DNA of 64,000 bases from an uncultured Naasia sp. (GCA_913778905.1 CAJYYA010000012.1:162233-226232), one strand, 5' to 3'. Numbered from the stretch's first letter, positions 38,140 through 48,097 are shown. Notes: generated from the sequence alone by a model not told the origin. Translations and numbers: made by a program.

Positions 38140-38841
38140 TCAGAGCCCGAGCTGCTGCAGCTCCGAGTCCATTCGCGTGGCCATCTCGGCGTAGCCTTCG
38201 TCATTCGGGTGCAGGCCGTCGGCGGCCATCCACTCCGGGTGTCCTTCGATCCAGTGCGAGGCACCGGGGATGTAGTCGGCGTCGATATCGGCCGCAGCCT
38301 GCTTCACCCAGCCGATGATGATCTCGACGGACTCGGGCCGCTCGTCCGTGTACCAGAAGGGCTCCACCACGATGAAGCGCGCATCGGGCAGTCCAGTCTT
38401 CAAGCGCTCGAAATCGATGCCGATCTGCTCGTGGATGCGGTCGGCCGCGCGGTCGTAGCTGAAGTTGTCGTTCAGCCCCATCGTGACGAACACGATGTCC
38501 GGGTGGGTCTTGATGATGCGGGCGGGGAGATCGAAGTCGTCTTCGCCGTAACTGGTGCGATTGTTGACGAAGCCGAGCCCGTTGACACTCGGGTTGAACT
38601 CGCGCCAACCCCGCTCTTCGACGATCTGCGTCGACCAGCGCCGGGCGAGGTCGCTGGCACCGGTTCCCAGGGTGTAGGAGTCGCCGTAGAACGCGACCAG
38701 GGGGCCGTCACCCGTCGGGACGCTGTCCGTAGGAGCAGAGGTGGGCGCCTCGCCTCCCGAAGATGCCGGAGCGACGGCCGAGCAGCTCACGAGCCCCAAC
38801 CCGGCGAGGAGGACCGCAGTCAAACGGGTGATTCTGCGCAT
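38140..38841 (-). CDS. SGNH/GDSL hydrolase lipoprotein
   Basis: Lipobox LVSC, block I FYGDSYT, and block V DGLHPN. Confidence 0.8.
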   Translation of the reverse strand: MRRITRLTAVLLAGLGLVSCSAVAPASSGGEAPTSAPTDSVPTGDGPLVAFYGDSYTLGTGASDLARRWSTQIVEERGWREFNPSVNGLGFVNNRTSYGEDDFDLPARIIKTHPDIVFVTMGLNDNFSYDRAADRIHEQIGIDFERLKTGLPDARFIVVEPFWYTDERPESVEIIIGWVKQAAADIDADYIPGASHWIEGHPEWMAADGLHPNDEGYAEMATRMDSELQQLGL

Positions 38842-38882
38842 GACGGGAGTTCGGAGCCGCGGTGCGATCCGGTGGGCCCGCG

Positions 38883-39125
38883 TCAGTGCGATGTCTGGAT
38901 GGCGCGGAGGCGCGTGAGGACTTGGGCGCGGAGCTCCTCGGGAGCGGTGTCCGCGCAGGCCCGCTTGACCGCCTCGGTCAGCACGATGCCGACCCGGTGC
39001 TCACCGGCGCAGTCCCGGCAGTTGGCCATGTGCTCGCGGATATCGGCCGCATCCTCGCGGCAGAGCTCGTTGTGCAGGTATTCCTCGAGTTCGGCTTTGG
39101 CCTTCTCGCAGCCGCAATCGCTCAT
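38883..39125 (-). CDS. rsrA: zinc-associated anti-sigma factor (mycothiol-system RsrA/RshA type)
   Basis: 80 aa. ZAS motif H-x3-C-x2-C (HMANCRDC) plus N-terminal Cys residues. The start overlaps the sigma-factor stop. Confidence 0.85.
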   Translation of the reverse strand: MSDCGCEKAKAELEEYLHNELCREDAADIREHMANCRDCAGEHRVGIVLTEAVKRACADTAPEELRAQVLTRLRAIQTSH

Positions 39126-39928
39126 CGGTTCGCATCCGTCTCGTTCGTGCCCTGTGCGTCGGGCGTCACATCTTTCTTCGGGGAGCGACGACGCGACGTC
39201 GCGCCGACGCTGAGGCCGCGCTCGGCGGCGTAGTCGGTGAGGAGCTCGCGCAACAGGCGACGCCCTCGGTGGAGTCGGCTCATGACGGTGCCCACGGGGG
39301 TCTTCATGATGTCGGCGATCTCCTGGTAGGAGAAACCCTCGACATCGGCGAAGTAGACCGCCATCCGGAAGTCCTCCGGGACCGCCTGGAGCGCATCCTT
39401 GACAGCCGAATCGGGCAGGTGGTCGATGGCTTCCGCCTCGGCGGACCGACCCGTGGAAGAGCCCGCCGTCGCCGACTCGGCGCCGCCCATCTGCCAGTCC
39501 TCGAGCTCGTCGATGGTGCCCTGGTAGGGGTTGCGCTGGTTCTTCCGGTAGCTGTTGATGAACGTGTTCGTCTGGATGCGGTAGAGCCAGGCCTTCAGAT
39601 TCGTGCCCTGCTCGAATTTGGCGAAGGCCGCGAACGCCTTGACGAAGGTCTCCTGCACCAGGTCCTGCGCATCCGCAGGATTGCGGGTCATCCGCAGGCC
39701 GGCCGCGTAGAGCTGGTCGATGAAGGGCAACGCCTGTTCCTCGAACAGTCCGCGGAGCTCGTCCGCGTTCGGCGCCCGCACCTCCTCGATCGCCTCTACG
39801 ATGGTCGCTTCCGCCTCGTCCGCAGCGCCGTCGACGTCGTCGGCCGAGTCTCCGAACGCATCGAATTCGGAGTCCTGAACCGTCGGTTCGGTCTGTGCGG
39901 GGGTCGAGGCGTCGGCGGGAGTGCTCAT
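39122..39928 (-). CDS. sigH: ECF sigma factor SigH/SigR with acidic N-terminal extension
   Basis: Region 2 [16 protein letters not shown] and region 4 [26 protein letters not shown] at 39928. Followed by the anti-sigma gene. Confidence 0.9.
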   Translation of the reverse strand: MSTPADASTPAQTEPTVQDSEFDAFGDSADDVDGAADEAEATIVEAIEEVRAPNADELRGLFEEQALPFIDQLYAAGLRMTRNPADAQDLVQETFVKAFAAFAKFEQGTNLKAWLYRIQTNTFINSYRKNQRNPYQGTIDELEDWQMGGAESATAGSSTGRSAEAEAIDHLPDSAVKDALQAVPEDFRMAVYFADVEGFSYQEIADIMKTPVGTVMSRLHRGRRLLRELLTDYAAERGLSVGATSRRRSPKKDVTPDAQGTNETDANR

Positions 39929-40036
39929 CGGGGCCCAGCGTACCCGCGGGGCCTCACGTGTCACGGTGAGTGTCACTCTGCTCCTCTCACTCTCAGCAGC
40001 CCTGCCGCGAGCTGTATCGCGCGGCACCTGAAGGAG

Positions 40037-40062
40037 AACCCCTTCGGCCGGTGTCGTATTCC
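40037..40062 (-). promoter_or_regulatory. SigH/SigR-type promoter GGAAT-N18-GTT upstream of sigH
   Basis: Minus strand reads GGAATACGACACCGGCCGAAGGGGTT. The GTT lies 109 nt upstream of the sigH ATG. This matches the known autoregulatory promoter architecture. Confidence 0.6.
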
Positions 40063-40080
40063 GCCGGTATCCTTTGCCGA

Positions 40081-41493
40081 ATGGGAATCCTCGGCACCGC
40101 TGGTCCGCAATTCCGTCTGCCGGGCGACGACTTCGAAGCTCGTGACACCTCTCCCGGCCCCGATCCGCTGTGGTCCGCCCCGCACGCGACCGGCCCGCTC
40201 TCGGCCCGCCTGACTCTGCCCGGATCGAAGAGCCTCACCAATCGTGAGCTGGTGCTGTCGGCACTGGCCGATTCCCCTTCGACGCTGCGAGCTCCCCTGC
40301 AGTCCCGCGACTCCATCCTCATGATCGCGGCTCTCCGGGAGATGGGCACGAGTATCGAGCCCATCGAGGGCACGGACCGCGGCTACGGCCCCGACCTGCT
40401 CATCACGCCCGCCGAACTCGTCGGCGCCGGCTCGATCGACTGCGGTCTCGCCGGGACGCTCATGCGTTTCCTCCCTCCCGTCGCGGCCCTGGCGCTGGGC
40501 CCCGTGACCTTCGACGGCGACGAGGGCGCCCGCCGCCGCCCCATGAAGACCACCGTGGACTCGCTGCGCGGGCTCGGAGTGGACGTGAGCGACGACAACC
40601 GCGGTTCGCTCCCCTTCACGGTGCACGGGATGGGTCGCGTCGAGGGCGGCGAGTTGAGCATCGATGCGTCGGCGTCCAGCCAATTCGTGTCGGGTCTGCT
40701 GCTCGCGGCGCCTCGCTTCGAGAAGGGCCTCACGCTGCGGCACACCGGTGAGCGTCTGCCGTCCATGCCCCATATCGAGATGACCGTCGCCGTCCTGCAG
40801 GCGCGCGGGGTCACTGTCACGACGCCCGAGCAGGGCGTCTGGGTCGTCGCGCCGGGCCCCATCTCCGGCCGCGTGGTCGACATCGAGCCCGATCTCTCCA
40901 ACGCCGCGCCCTTCCTCTGCGCGGCGGTCGTCGCGGGCGGGACCGTCACGATCGACGGCTGGCCTGCCACGACGACCCAGGTCGGCGATCATCTGCGCGA
41001 GATCCTCCCCCGCTTCGGCGCCACCGTGTCGCTCGATGGCGGTTCCCTGACGGTCGACGGCGGCGAAGGCGTCGTCGGAGGCCGCACCTTCGAGGGCATC
41101 GACCTCGACCTGACGCTCGGCGGCGAACTCGCGCCCGCGCTCGCGACGCTGGCGGCACTCGGCTCGAGCACGAGCCGGGTCACCGGGATCGGCCACCTCC
41201 GCGGCCATGAGACCGACCGCCTCGCGGCGCTCGCGAACGAGATCACCGCCCTCGGCGGATCCGTCACCGAGCTCGACGAGGGGCTCGAGATCGAGACCCG
41301 ACCGCTGACAGCCCCCGATTCGCGCCCCTGGCGCAGCTACGAGGACCACCGCATGGCCACGTCGGGCGCACTCATCGGCCTCGCCGTCCCCGGCGTCCAG
41401 GTCGACGACATCGCCGCGACCTCGAAGACGCTCCCCCAGTTCCCCGAACTGTGGGCCGAGATGATCTCCGGACCGGAGCCCCTGCTCCCGTGA
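40081..41493 (+). CDS. aroA: 3-phosphoshikimate 1-carboxyvinyltransferase (EPSP synthase)
   Basis: [10 protein letters not shown] motif; 470 aa. Conserved actinobacterial neighbourhood with sigH and rsgA. ATG 40081 chosen. Confidence 0.9.
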   Translation: MGILGTAGPQFRLPGDDFEARDTSPGPDPLWSAPHATGPLSARLTLPGSKSLTNRELVLSALADSPSTLRAPLQSRDSILMIAALREMGTSIEPIEGTDRGYGPDLLITPAELVGAGSIDCGLAGTLMRFLPPVAALALGPVTFDGDEGARRRPMKTTVDSLRGLGVDVSDDNRGSLPFTVHGMGRVEGGELSIDASASSQFVSGLLLAAPRFEKGLTLRHTGERLPSMPHIEMTVAVLQARGVTVTTPEQGVWVVAPGPISGRVVDIEPDLSNAAPFLCAAVVAGGTVTIDGWPATTTQVGDHLREILPRFGATVSLDGGSLTVDGGEGVVGGRTFEGIDLDLTLGGELAPALATLAALGSSTSRVTGIGHLRGHETDRLAALANEITALGGSVTELDEGLEIETRPLTAPDSRPWRSYEDHRMATSGALIGLAVPGVQVDDIAATSKTLPQFPELWAEMISGPEPLLP

Positions 41494-42590
41494 GCTGGTT
41501 GACAGGAGACGATGACGACGAGCCCTACTCCGGCTACGACGAGTCGTCGGCGCGGGTTCGCCCCAACCCGAAGGGGAACCGTCCCCGTTCGAAGCAGCGC
41601 CCCGACCACGAGGACGCCCAGCGCGGCCGCGTCCTCACCGTCGACCGCGGACGCCTGACCGTCCTCATCGACGAGAACACCCCCGACGAGCGCGAGATCA
41701 CCTCGAAGCGGGCCCGCGAACTCGGCCGCACCCCGATCGTGACCGGTGACTTCGTCGACGTCGTAGGAGACGTCACGGGCGCGGAGGGAACGCTCTCGCG
41801 GATCGTCCGCGTCGCCGATCGCACGACGCTCCTCCGTCGCAGTGCCGACGACAGCGACGAGATCGAGCGCGTGGTGGTCGCCAATGCCGATCAACTTCTC
41901 ATCGTCGTGGCGGCCGCGAATCCCGAACCGCGTGCCGGACTCGTCGACCGCTACCTCATCGCCGCCTTTGACGCGGGGATCGACCCGATCCTCGTCGTCA
42001 CGAAGACCGACCTCGCCGACCCTTCGGACTTCCTCGCCGAGTTCTCGGTGCTCGACCTCGACGTCATCACGACGGTGCGCGGCGACACGGACCTCGACGC
42101 CTTCCACGAGCGCCTGATCGGACACACGACCGTCGCCGTCGGCCACTCCGGAGTCGGCAAGTCGACCCTCGTGAATGCACTCGTGCCAGATGCGAATCGC
42201 GCGGTGGGCGTCGTCAACGAGGTGACCGGCCGCGGTCGTCACACGTCGTCGTCCACCGTCTCCCTGCGCGTCCGCGACGGACTGGGCGGATCGGGCTGGA
42301 TCATCGACACCCCGGGCGTGCGCTCGTTCGGGCTCGGCCATGTGGATCCCGCCAGCGTCATGCGCTCCTTCGCGCGGAAGGCGATCGCGCCCACCCCTCC
42401 GGAGGGCGAGGTGCCGTTGCCGGAGGCGCACGAGTGGGAGATCGTCGACCGCGTGCGCGGAGGCGAACTCGGCGACACGGGGGTCCGCCGGCTCGACTCG
42501 CTGCAGCGCATCCTCGTCACCCTCGACCCGAAGGCCGGGCAGGACTGGACGCCCGCGGACGCAGCGGGCGACGACGAACCGACCGGCTGA
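41490..42590 (+). CDS. rsgA: ribosome small-subunit-dependent GTPase A
   Basis: GHSGVGKSTLVNAL P-loop in a circularly permuted GTPase layout. The GTG overlaps the aroA stop (GTGA). Confidence 0.85.
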   Translation: MSWLTGDDDDEPYSGYDESSARVRPNPKGNRPRSKQRPDHEDAQRGRVLTVDRGRLTVLIDENTPDEREITSKRARELGRTPIVTGDFVDVVGDVTGAEGTLSRIVRVADRTTLLRRSADDSDEIERVVVANADQLLIVVAAANPEPRAGLVDRYLIAAFDAGIDPILVVTKTDLADPSDFLAEFSVLDLDVITTVRGDTDLDAFHERLIGHTTVAVGHSGVGKSTLVNALVPDANRAVGVVNEVTGRGRHTSSSTVSLRVRDGLGGSGWIIDTPGVRSFGLGHVDPASVMRSFARKAIAPTPPEGEVPLPEAHEWEIVDRVRGGELGDTGVRRLDSLQRILVTLDPKAGQDWTPADAAGDDEPTG

Positions 42591-42626
42591 CCCGAAATCG
42601 CGACCAGTCATGACCGGGCGGTGCGC

Positions 42627-43904
42627 TCAGTAGTCGTCGAGGTCGCGGAGGTCGAAAGCGCCGGTGTCATCGCCGACGAACGCGTCGGGGTGCTGCGGGG
42701 CGACCTCCTGCCGGGTCTCGGCGACGAGCTCCTCGACGTCGTCCCACACCGGCGCGACCGGGACGGCCGTCACGAATGACGGCTCGTGATCGCAGCTGTC
42801 TCCCGTCCACAGCGCCTGGGTCGCGTCCTTCCCGCAGATCGGGCAGCTGGTGGTCCAGCCGATGTGCACGCGATGACGTCGGCGACTGAGCGGCGCGGAG
42901 GTGATGCTCCCCCCGACCCAGAAGATGCCGACGCTCGGCGTGCCGACCGCTTCGGCGATGTGGAGGGGGCCGCTGTCGTTGCCCACCAGGACATCGGCGG
43001 CGTCGGCGATCCCGATGAGATCACTGAGGTCGGTTCGACCGGTGAGATCGAGGATCCGGCGACAGTCGGCGCCGTGATTGACGGCCTGCCCGATGAGATC
43101 GCGCGCCAGGCGGCCGTCCTGCTCGGATCCCAGGACCACGACGCGCCACCCGCTCGTGGCAGCCCGGGCGGCGATCTCACCGAACCACCCGGTCGGCCAC
43201 CGGTGACGCGGGTCGCTCCCGCCCGGATGAAGGGCCAGCAGGGGCCGACCTCCGTCGCTGAGAGGTCGGATGAGGTGCCGCGCGCGGTCGCGGTCCTCGC
43301 GGAGGATCGGGAGCGCGGCAGCGAGGGCGGCCGGCTGAGCGCCGACGAGGCTGACGATCTCGAGAGCCCGCAGAGTCGTGTGCTGCAGAGGGACGAACTC
43401 GATCGCCCGGTCGAAGCCTTCGGCCCCGTGTGCACTCGTTCCGGCCGAGACCCGCGCCCCCAGGTGCAGGAGGAAGTCGTCCGCCGAGCGCGAGTCGACC
43501 GTCAACTGGATGCCGATGTCGAACCGTGTGTCCGAGAGGCTTTGGAGGGTGCGACGCGTATCGGCACCCGCCTGCGCGACCGGCGGGGCGTCAGCGGATG
43601 AGACGCGCCGTCTGCGCGAAGCTGCGGTCACCGCGGGCGGGAGGGTGACGAGCGATGTCCACGGCCCCGTGCGGGGGGCCAGGAGCTCCCGGTTGGCGGA
43701 TGTCGTCAACAACGCCATCTCGGCCGCCGGGTATGCGGCACGCAATCCCTCCATGGCGGGAAGTGTGAGAAGGAGTTCGCTCAGACCGCCTGCCTGCACG
43801 ACGGCGATCCTCTCGACCCGGTCGACCCGCTCGCCGACGCCACGGGTGCCGCCCGACGCCGTCGTCCGCGACCCCGGCCGGCTGGGAACCCGCGACGACG
43901 TCAT
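42627..43904 (-). CDS. glycosyltransferase family 9 (heptosyltransferase-like) with C-terminal Cys/His cluster
   Basis: LHPGGSDPRHRWP and LVGNDSGPLHIAEAVGTPSVGIF are GT9 hallmarks. Tail CPICG..x14..CDH. ATG 43904 is preceded by GAGG. Confidence 0.75.
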   Translation of the reverse strand: MTSSRVPSRPGSRTTASGGTRGVGERVDRVERIAVVQAGGLSELLLTLPAMEGLRAAYPAAEMALLTTSANRELLAPRTGPWTSLVTLPPAVTAASRRRRVSSADAPPVAQAGADTRRTLQSLSDTRFDIGIQLTVDSRSADDFLLHLGARVSAGTSAHGAEGFDRAIEFVPLQHTTLRALEIVSLVGAQPAALAAALPILREDRDRARHLIRPLSDGGRPLLALHPGGSDPRHRWPTGWFGEIAARAATSGWRVVVLGSEQDGRLARDLIGQAVNHGADCRRILDLTGRTDLSDLIGIADAADVLVGNDSGPLHIAEAVGTPSVGIFWVGGSITSAPLSRRRHRVHIGWTTSCPICGKDATQALWTGDSCDHEPSFVTAVPVAPVWDDVEELVAETRQEVAPQHPDAFVGDDTGAFDLRDLDDY

Positions 43905-44007
43905 CGCCTCACTGTGCGCGCCGTTCCTCCGACTGGGCTGATTGCCCACCATCCGTCGGACAAGCGCCGGCGTGTCGTGAGCCGCACGACCGAGACCGAC
44001 CTACGTA

Positions 44008-44596
44008 GGGCCTCGATACGCCTCCGGCTACTCGGCGGGTCTCGGTACGCGGCGCTTCGCGGCCGCTACTCGACCTCCGGAGTTCCGGACGTCGAGTAGG
44101 CCGCCAGGCCGTACCGAGACGGCTCGAGTAGCCGCAGGCGTACCGAGAGCAAACAGAACAGCATCGGCACAGCCGATCCCTCACGCTCACACCGGGCTAG
44201 GGCCTCGATACGCTTCGCTACTCGGCCGGTCTCGATACGCGGCGCTTCGCGGCCGCTACTCGACCTCTGGAACCGTTCCGGACGTCGAGTAGGCCGCCAG
44301 GCCGTACCGAGACGGCTCGAGTAGGAGCGCAGCGACGTACCGAGAGCGCGGGGAAACAGCATCGGCGAAGCCGATCCCTCACGCTCACCCCGAGCTGGGG
44401 CCTCGATACGCTTCGCTACTCGGCCGGTCTCGGTACGCTCCGCTACTCGACCTCCGTGGGTTCCGGACGTCGAGTAGGCCGCCAGGCCGTACCGAGACGG
44501 CTCGAGTAGGGGCGAAGCGACGTATCGAGAGCAGACCGCAACAGCATCGGCGCAGCCGATACCCTCGCGGAACAGCATCGGTGGAGGCCCGATCCC
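44008..44596. repeat. family A intergenic repeat, three tandem units
   Basis: Units at about 44008-44198, 44199-44398 and 44399-44596. Each begins (G)GGCCTCGATACGC and ends with the AACAGCATCGG..CCGAT hairpin. The array fills the divergent gap between the GT9 gene and hisN. Confidence 0.9.
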
Positions 44597-44609
44597 ATAG
44601 CCTGGCCGG

Positions 44610-45401
44610 GTGACCGTTCCGTTCGATCTCGCCGACGATCTCCGCTTCGCTCGTGACCTGGCCGACATGGCCCACGTGATCTCGCTGGAGCGCTACCGCG
44701 CCATGGACCTCCGCGTCGAGACGAAGCCCGACCGCACCCCGGTCACCGACGCCGATCGTGCGGTCGAGCAAGCGCTCCGCGCCGCTATCCGCGAGGAGCG
44801 CCCCGACGACGCCGTCTACGGCGAGGAGTTCGGCGGCGAACTCCGCGACGGCCGCCAATGGGTACTGGATCCGATCGACGGCACCGCCAACTTCCTCCGC
44901 GGCGTCCCGGTCTGGGCGACCCTCATCGCGCTCGTCGTGGACGGCGTTCCCGTCCTCGGCGTGGTGAGCGCGCCTGCGCTCGGGCGCCGCTGGTGGGCCG
45001 CCGAGGGCGAAGGCGCGTGGCTCGCCGAGGGTTCGGAGGCTCCGCGACGGCTGACCGCCTCGGGCGTCCGCGAGCTGGCCGACGCGTCGCTCAGCTACAA
45101 CGACATCCAGTACTGGCGGAAGGCCGGCCGCACCGACCAGCTCCTGAACCTCGTCGACACGGTCTGGCGCACCCGTGCGTACGGCGACTTCTGGCCGTAC
45201 ATGATGATCGCCGAAGGCTCCGTCGACGCCGTCGCGGAGTTCGGACCGGCCGTCTACGACCTCGCCGCCCTCCGGCCCATCGTCGAGGAGGCCGGCGGCC
45301 GACTGACCGCCACGAGCGGCGCGCACGTGCTCGATGGCGGCGATGCACTCGCCACGAACGACCACCTCCACGACGCCATGCTCGCAGCGATCAACGGCTG
45401 A
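44610..45401 (+). CDS. hisN: histidinol-phosphatase (inositol monophosphatase family)
   Basis: GTG start. Motifs DPIDGT and WDxAA-like (YDLAAL). N-terminus DLRFARDLAD is typical of actinobacterial HisN. Confidence 0.8.
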   Translation: MTVPFDLADDLRFARDLADMAHVISLERYRAMDLRVETKPDRTPVTDADRAVEQALRAAIREERPDDAVYGEEFGGELRDGRQWVLDPIDGTANFLRGVPVWATLIALVVDGVPVLGVVSAPALGRRWWAAEGEGAWLAEGSEAPRRLTASGVRELADASLSYNDIQYWRKAGRTDQLLNLVDTVWRTRAYGDFWPYMMIAEGSVDAVAEFGPAVYDLAALRPIVEEAGGRLTATSGAHVLDGGDALATNDHLHDAMLAAING

Positions 45402-45428
45402 CCCGGAGGAAGTCCGCTCCGAGGAGGC

Positions 45429-46886
45429 TCAGACGAGCGAAGCCTTGCGGCGGCTGCGCCTGTCGAGCAGCCCCAGCGCCAGCGCGGCGGCGATGAGGAC
45501 GAGCGCCACCAGTACGCCGTTGCGATAGCTGTCGTGGTAGACCCCGAGCTGGTCGCCGTTGCCGCCTTCGGCATAGAGGGTCGAGAAGAACAGCGAGGTC
45601 GCCGCCGCGAGCCCCATGGCGGTGCCGACGCGCTGACCGAGTTGCGCCATGGATCCGGCCACTCCGCCCTCGGTGACCGGGATCTCCTGGAGGGTAAGGG
45701 TCTGGTTAGGCGAGATCACGAATCCGGCCCCCGTGCCCGCCACCGTCAGTGCGGCCGCCATGGCCCACGGGCTGGCCTCGGCAGGAGTCACGACCGCCAG
45801 GATCATCACGATCGTGATGCCGACCAGCACGATCGCCAGGCCGATGACGACGAGCGTCCGACCGAGCCGGTCGACGAGGCGCCCACCGATCCAGGCAGTC
45901 ACAGCGGAGGCGAGCGCGAACGGGATGGTGACCATGCCCGCGAACACGGGTTCGAGGTCGAGGCCCTGCTGCAGGTAGAGCGTGGTCAGCAGGAAGATCG
46001 ACGGGATGGCGGCGAAATAGACGGTCGCGATCAGGAGTCCGTTTCGATAGGACGCCAGGGAGAAGAGCGAGAACTTGACGACGGGCGAGTGGCCGCGACG
46101 TGCATACCGACGTTCCCACAGGACGAATCCGGTGCCCGAGATGACCGCGACCGCCAGGAGCCACCAGCGGTTCGGGTCGTCGCTGGGCGCACCCGTCGTG
46201 AGGACGAACGGCAGCATGAATGCCACGATCGTGACGCCGAGCAGGAGGAGGCCGACCGGATCGAGGTCCATGACCTTCGACTCGTGCTTCTGCTTCTTGG
46301 GCAGCAGCCGGATGGCGGCGATCAGCAGGATGATGCCGAGCGGGACGTTCATCCAGAAGAGCAGGCGCCACCCGTCCCGGTCCCCGCCGACGGCGATGAG
46401 CAGGCCGCCGATGGTGGGTCCGAAGGCGGTCGACAGTCCGATGATGGCGCCGAAAAGGCCGAACGCCTGTCCGCGCTCCTTGCCCTGGAACAGCTGCTGG
46501 GTGAGCCCCAGGACCTGGGGCATCTGGATCCCGGCCGCGATGCCCTGAAGGAATCGGCCGATGATGAGCAGGGGCGCGTTGGGAGCGAGAGCGCACAGCA
46601 GACTCGTCGCCGTGAAGGCGATGAGACCGATGATGAACATGATCCGGCGGGACTTGAGGTCGCCGAGACGTCCCGACGGGACGAGCGAGAGACCGAATGC
46701 GAGCGCGTAGCCGGCGACGACGGTCTGCAACTCCGTCGGTCCGGCACCCAGAGACGCCTCGATGGACGGCAGTCCGACGTTCACCTTGGACAGATCCAGG
46801 ATGGTCAGCGCGGCGACGGACACACTGACACCGAAGGCCTGCCACCGGACGCGATCAGGAAGGGCGGCGGGCTCGGCTGTAGTCAC
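45429..46886 (-). CDS. MFS transporter, DHA2 (14-TMS drug:H+ antiporter) family
   Basis: 485 aa; GRLGDLKSRR motif A; 14 predicted helices by eye. Confidence 0.85.
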   Translation of the reverse strand: MTTAEPAALPDRVRWQAFGVSVSVAALTILDLSKVNVGLPSIEASLGAGPTELQTVVAGYALAFGLSLVPSGRLGDLKSRRIMFIIGLIAFTATSLLCALAPNAPLLIIGRFLQGIAAGIQMPQVLGLTQQLFQGKERGQAFGLFGAIIGLSTAFGPTIGGLLIAVGGDRDGWRLLFWMNVPLGIILLIAAIRLLPKKQKHESKVMDLDPVGLLLLGVTIVAFMLPFVLTTGAPSDDPNRWWLLAVAVISGTGFVLWERRYARRGHSPVVKFSLFSLASYRNGLLIATVYFAAIPSIFLLTTLYLQQGLDLEPVFAGMVTIPFALASAVTAWIGGRLVDRLGRTLVVIGLAIVLVGITIVMILAVVTPAEASPWAMAAALTVAGTGAGFVISPNQTLTLQEIPVTEGGVAGSMAQLGQRVGTAMGLAAATSLFFSTLYAEGGNGDQLGVYHDSYRNGVLVALVLIAAALALGLLDRRSRRKASLV

Positions 46887-46988
46887 CGCATGACGGTATA
46901 CCCCGCCTCCGACGGTCAGCCGAACGCCTTCTCAGGCAACCTGCGACGCCCAGCGGATGCTCAAACTGCGGGTGTCGAATCGGCTCTC

Positions 46989-47969
46989 GTGACTACCACT
47001 TCCGCATCCGTCTCCGTCCCAGTCGAGTTCCCTCTGACCTCCCGTCGCTGGATCGCCGCCCGCTTCGGTGGACTGGACGTCCTCGAGATGGAGGACGTGG
47101 AGATCTCGGCGCCGAAACCCGGTGAGGTGGTCGTCGAGATACGAGCCGCCGGTATGAACCCCGCCGACTATAAGCACGTGCGTCAGGGCGACGACAGCGA
47201 CCTGCCGGTCCCGATCGGCTACGAGATCGCCGGTGTCATCGTCGCGATCGGTCCGGACACCGAGATCGGCTCGGGCGGCGGAGCGGTCGGCGACGAGGTG
47301 CTCGCCTTCCGCGTCCGGGGCGGGTATTCGGACCTCCTGACAGTCCCCGCTCGTGACGTGTTCGCCAAGCCCGGCACCCTCGGCTTCCCTGAAGCGGCCA
47401 ATCTGCTGCTCGCCGGCACGACGGCGGCGGAGATGATCGCCGTCACCGATTCCCGGCGCGGCGAGACGGTCGTCGTCCACGGAGCCTCGGGGGCCGTCGG
47501 CGTCAGCGTTCTACAGCAGGCCCGCGACCTCGGCATCCGTGCCATCGGAACCGCCTCGGAGAAGAACTTCGACGTGGTGCGGAAGTTCGGCGGTGAGCCG
47601 GTGGCGTATGGCGACGGGCTCGAGCAGCGCCTCCGCGAGCTCGCTCCCGACGGGATCGCGGCCTCCCTCGACTGTGTCGGGACGGATGAGGCCCTCGATG
47701 TCTCTCTCGCCCTGATCGAGAACCGGGGGAGGATCGTCAGCATCGCGAACTTCGACCGTGCCGAGCGCGACGGCTACCGCATCATCATGGGCCGGTTCCC
47801 GGAGAGCGCGAAGTTCCGCGACCAGGTGCGCCAGAAGTTGATCGACGCAGCCGGGCGCGGGGACCTCGTGGTCCCCATGGCTCGGACGTATCCTCTCGAT
47901 CAGGCCGTCGAGGCGTTGACCTTCCTCTCGGACCAGCACCCCGGCGGAAAGCTCGCACTCATCCCCTGA
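46989..47969 (+). CDS. NADPH:quinone oxidoreductase / zinc-type alcohol dehydrogenase superfamily (MDR)
   Basis: GMNPADY and HGASGAVG motifs, and tail HPGGKLALIP. GTG 46989 chosen inside the long artefactual ORF 45534..47969. Confidence 0.8.
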   Translation: MTTTSASVSVPVEFPLTSRRWIAARFGGLDVLEMEDVEISAPKPGEVVVEIRAAGMNPADYKHVRQGDDSDLPVPIGYEIAGVIVAIGPDTEIGSGGGAVGDEVLAFRVRGGYSDLLTVPARDVFAKPGTLGFPEAANLLLAGTTAAEMIAVTDSRRGETVVVHGASGAVGVSVLQQARDLGIRAIGTASEKNFDVVRKFGGEPVAYGDGLEQRLRELAPDGIAASLDCVGTDEALDVSLALIENRGRIVSIANFDRAERDGYRIIMGRFPESAKFRDQVRQKLIDAAGRGDLVVPMARTYPLDQAVEALTFLSDQHPGGKLALIP

Positions 47970-47981
47970 CATTCACTGCAG

Positions 47982-48097
47982 CCCTTCATTTCGCTGCGCT
48001 CAATGGGCGGGCATCACCCGCCCACTGAGAACAGCGACATGAAAGCCCAACCGATCCCCCGCCCGCCCCGCCCATTGAGCGCAGCGAAATGAAGGGG
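47982..48097. repeat. family B intergenic repeat (one forward, one degenerate, one inverted unit)
   Basis: CCCTTCATTTCGCTGCGCTCAATGGGCGGG, then CCCGCCCACTGAGAACAGCGACATGAAAGC, then CCCCGCCCATTGAGCGCAGCGAAATGAAGGGG. Confidence 0.9.

Noticed and set aside
44008-44596. Tandem repeat array that might be mistaken for a CRISPR array
   Set aside because: The units are about 190 bp, are internally self-complementary and abut each other without unique spacers. The same unit occurs singly elsewhere, and no cas genes are present.
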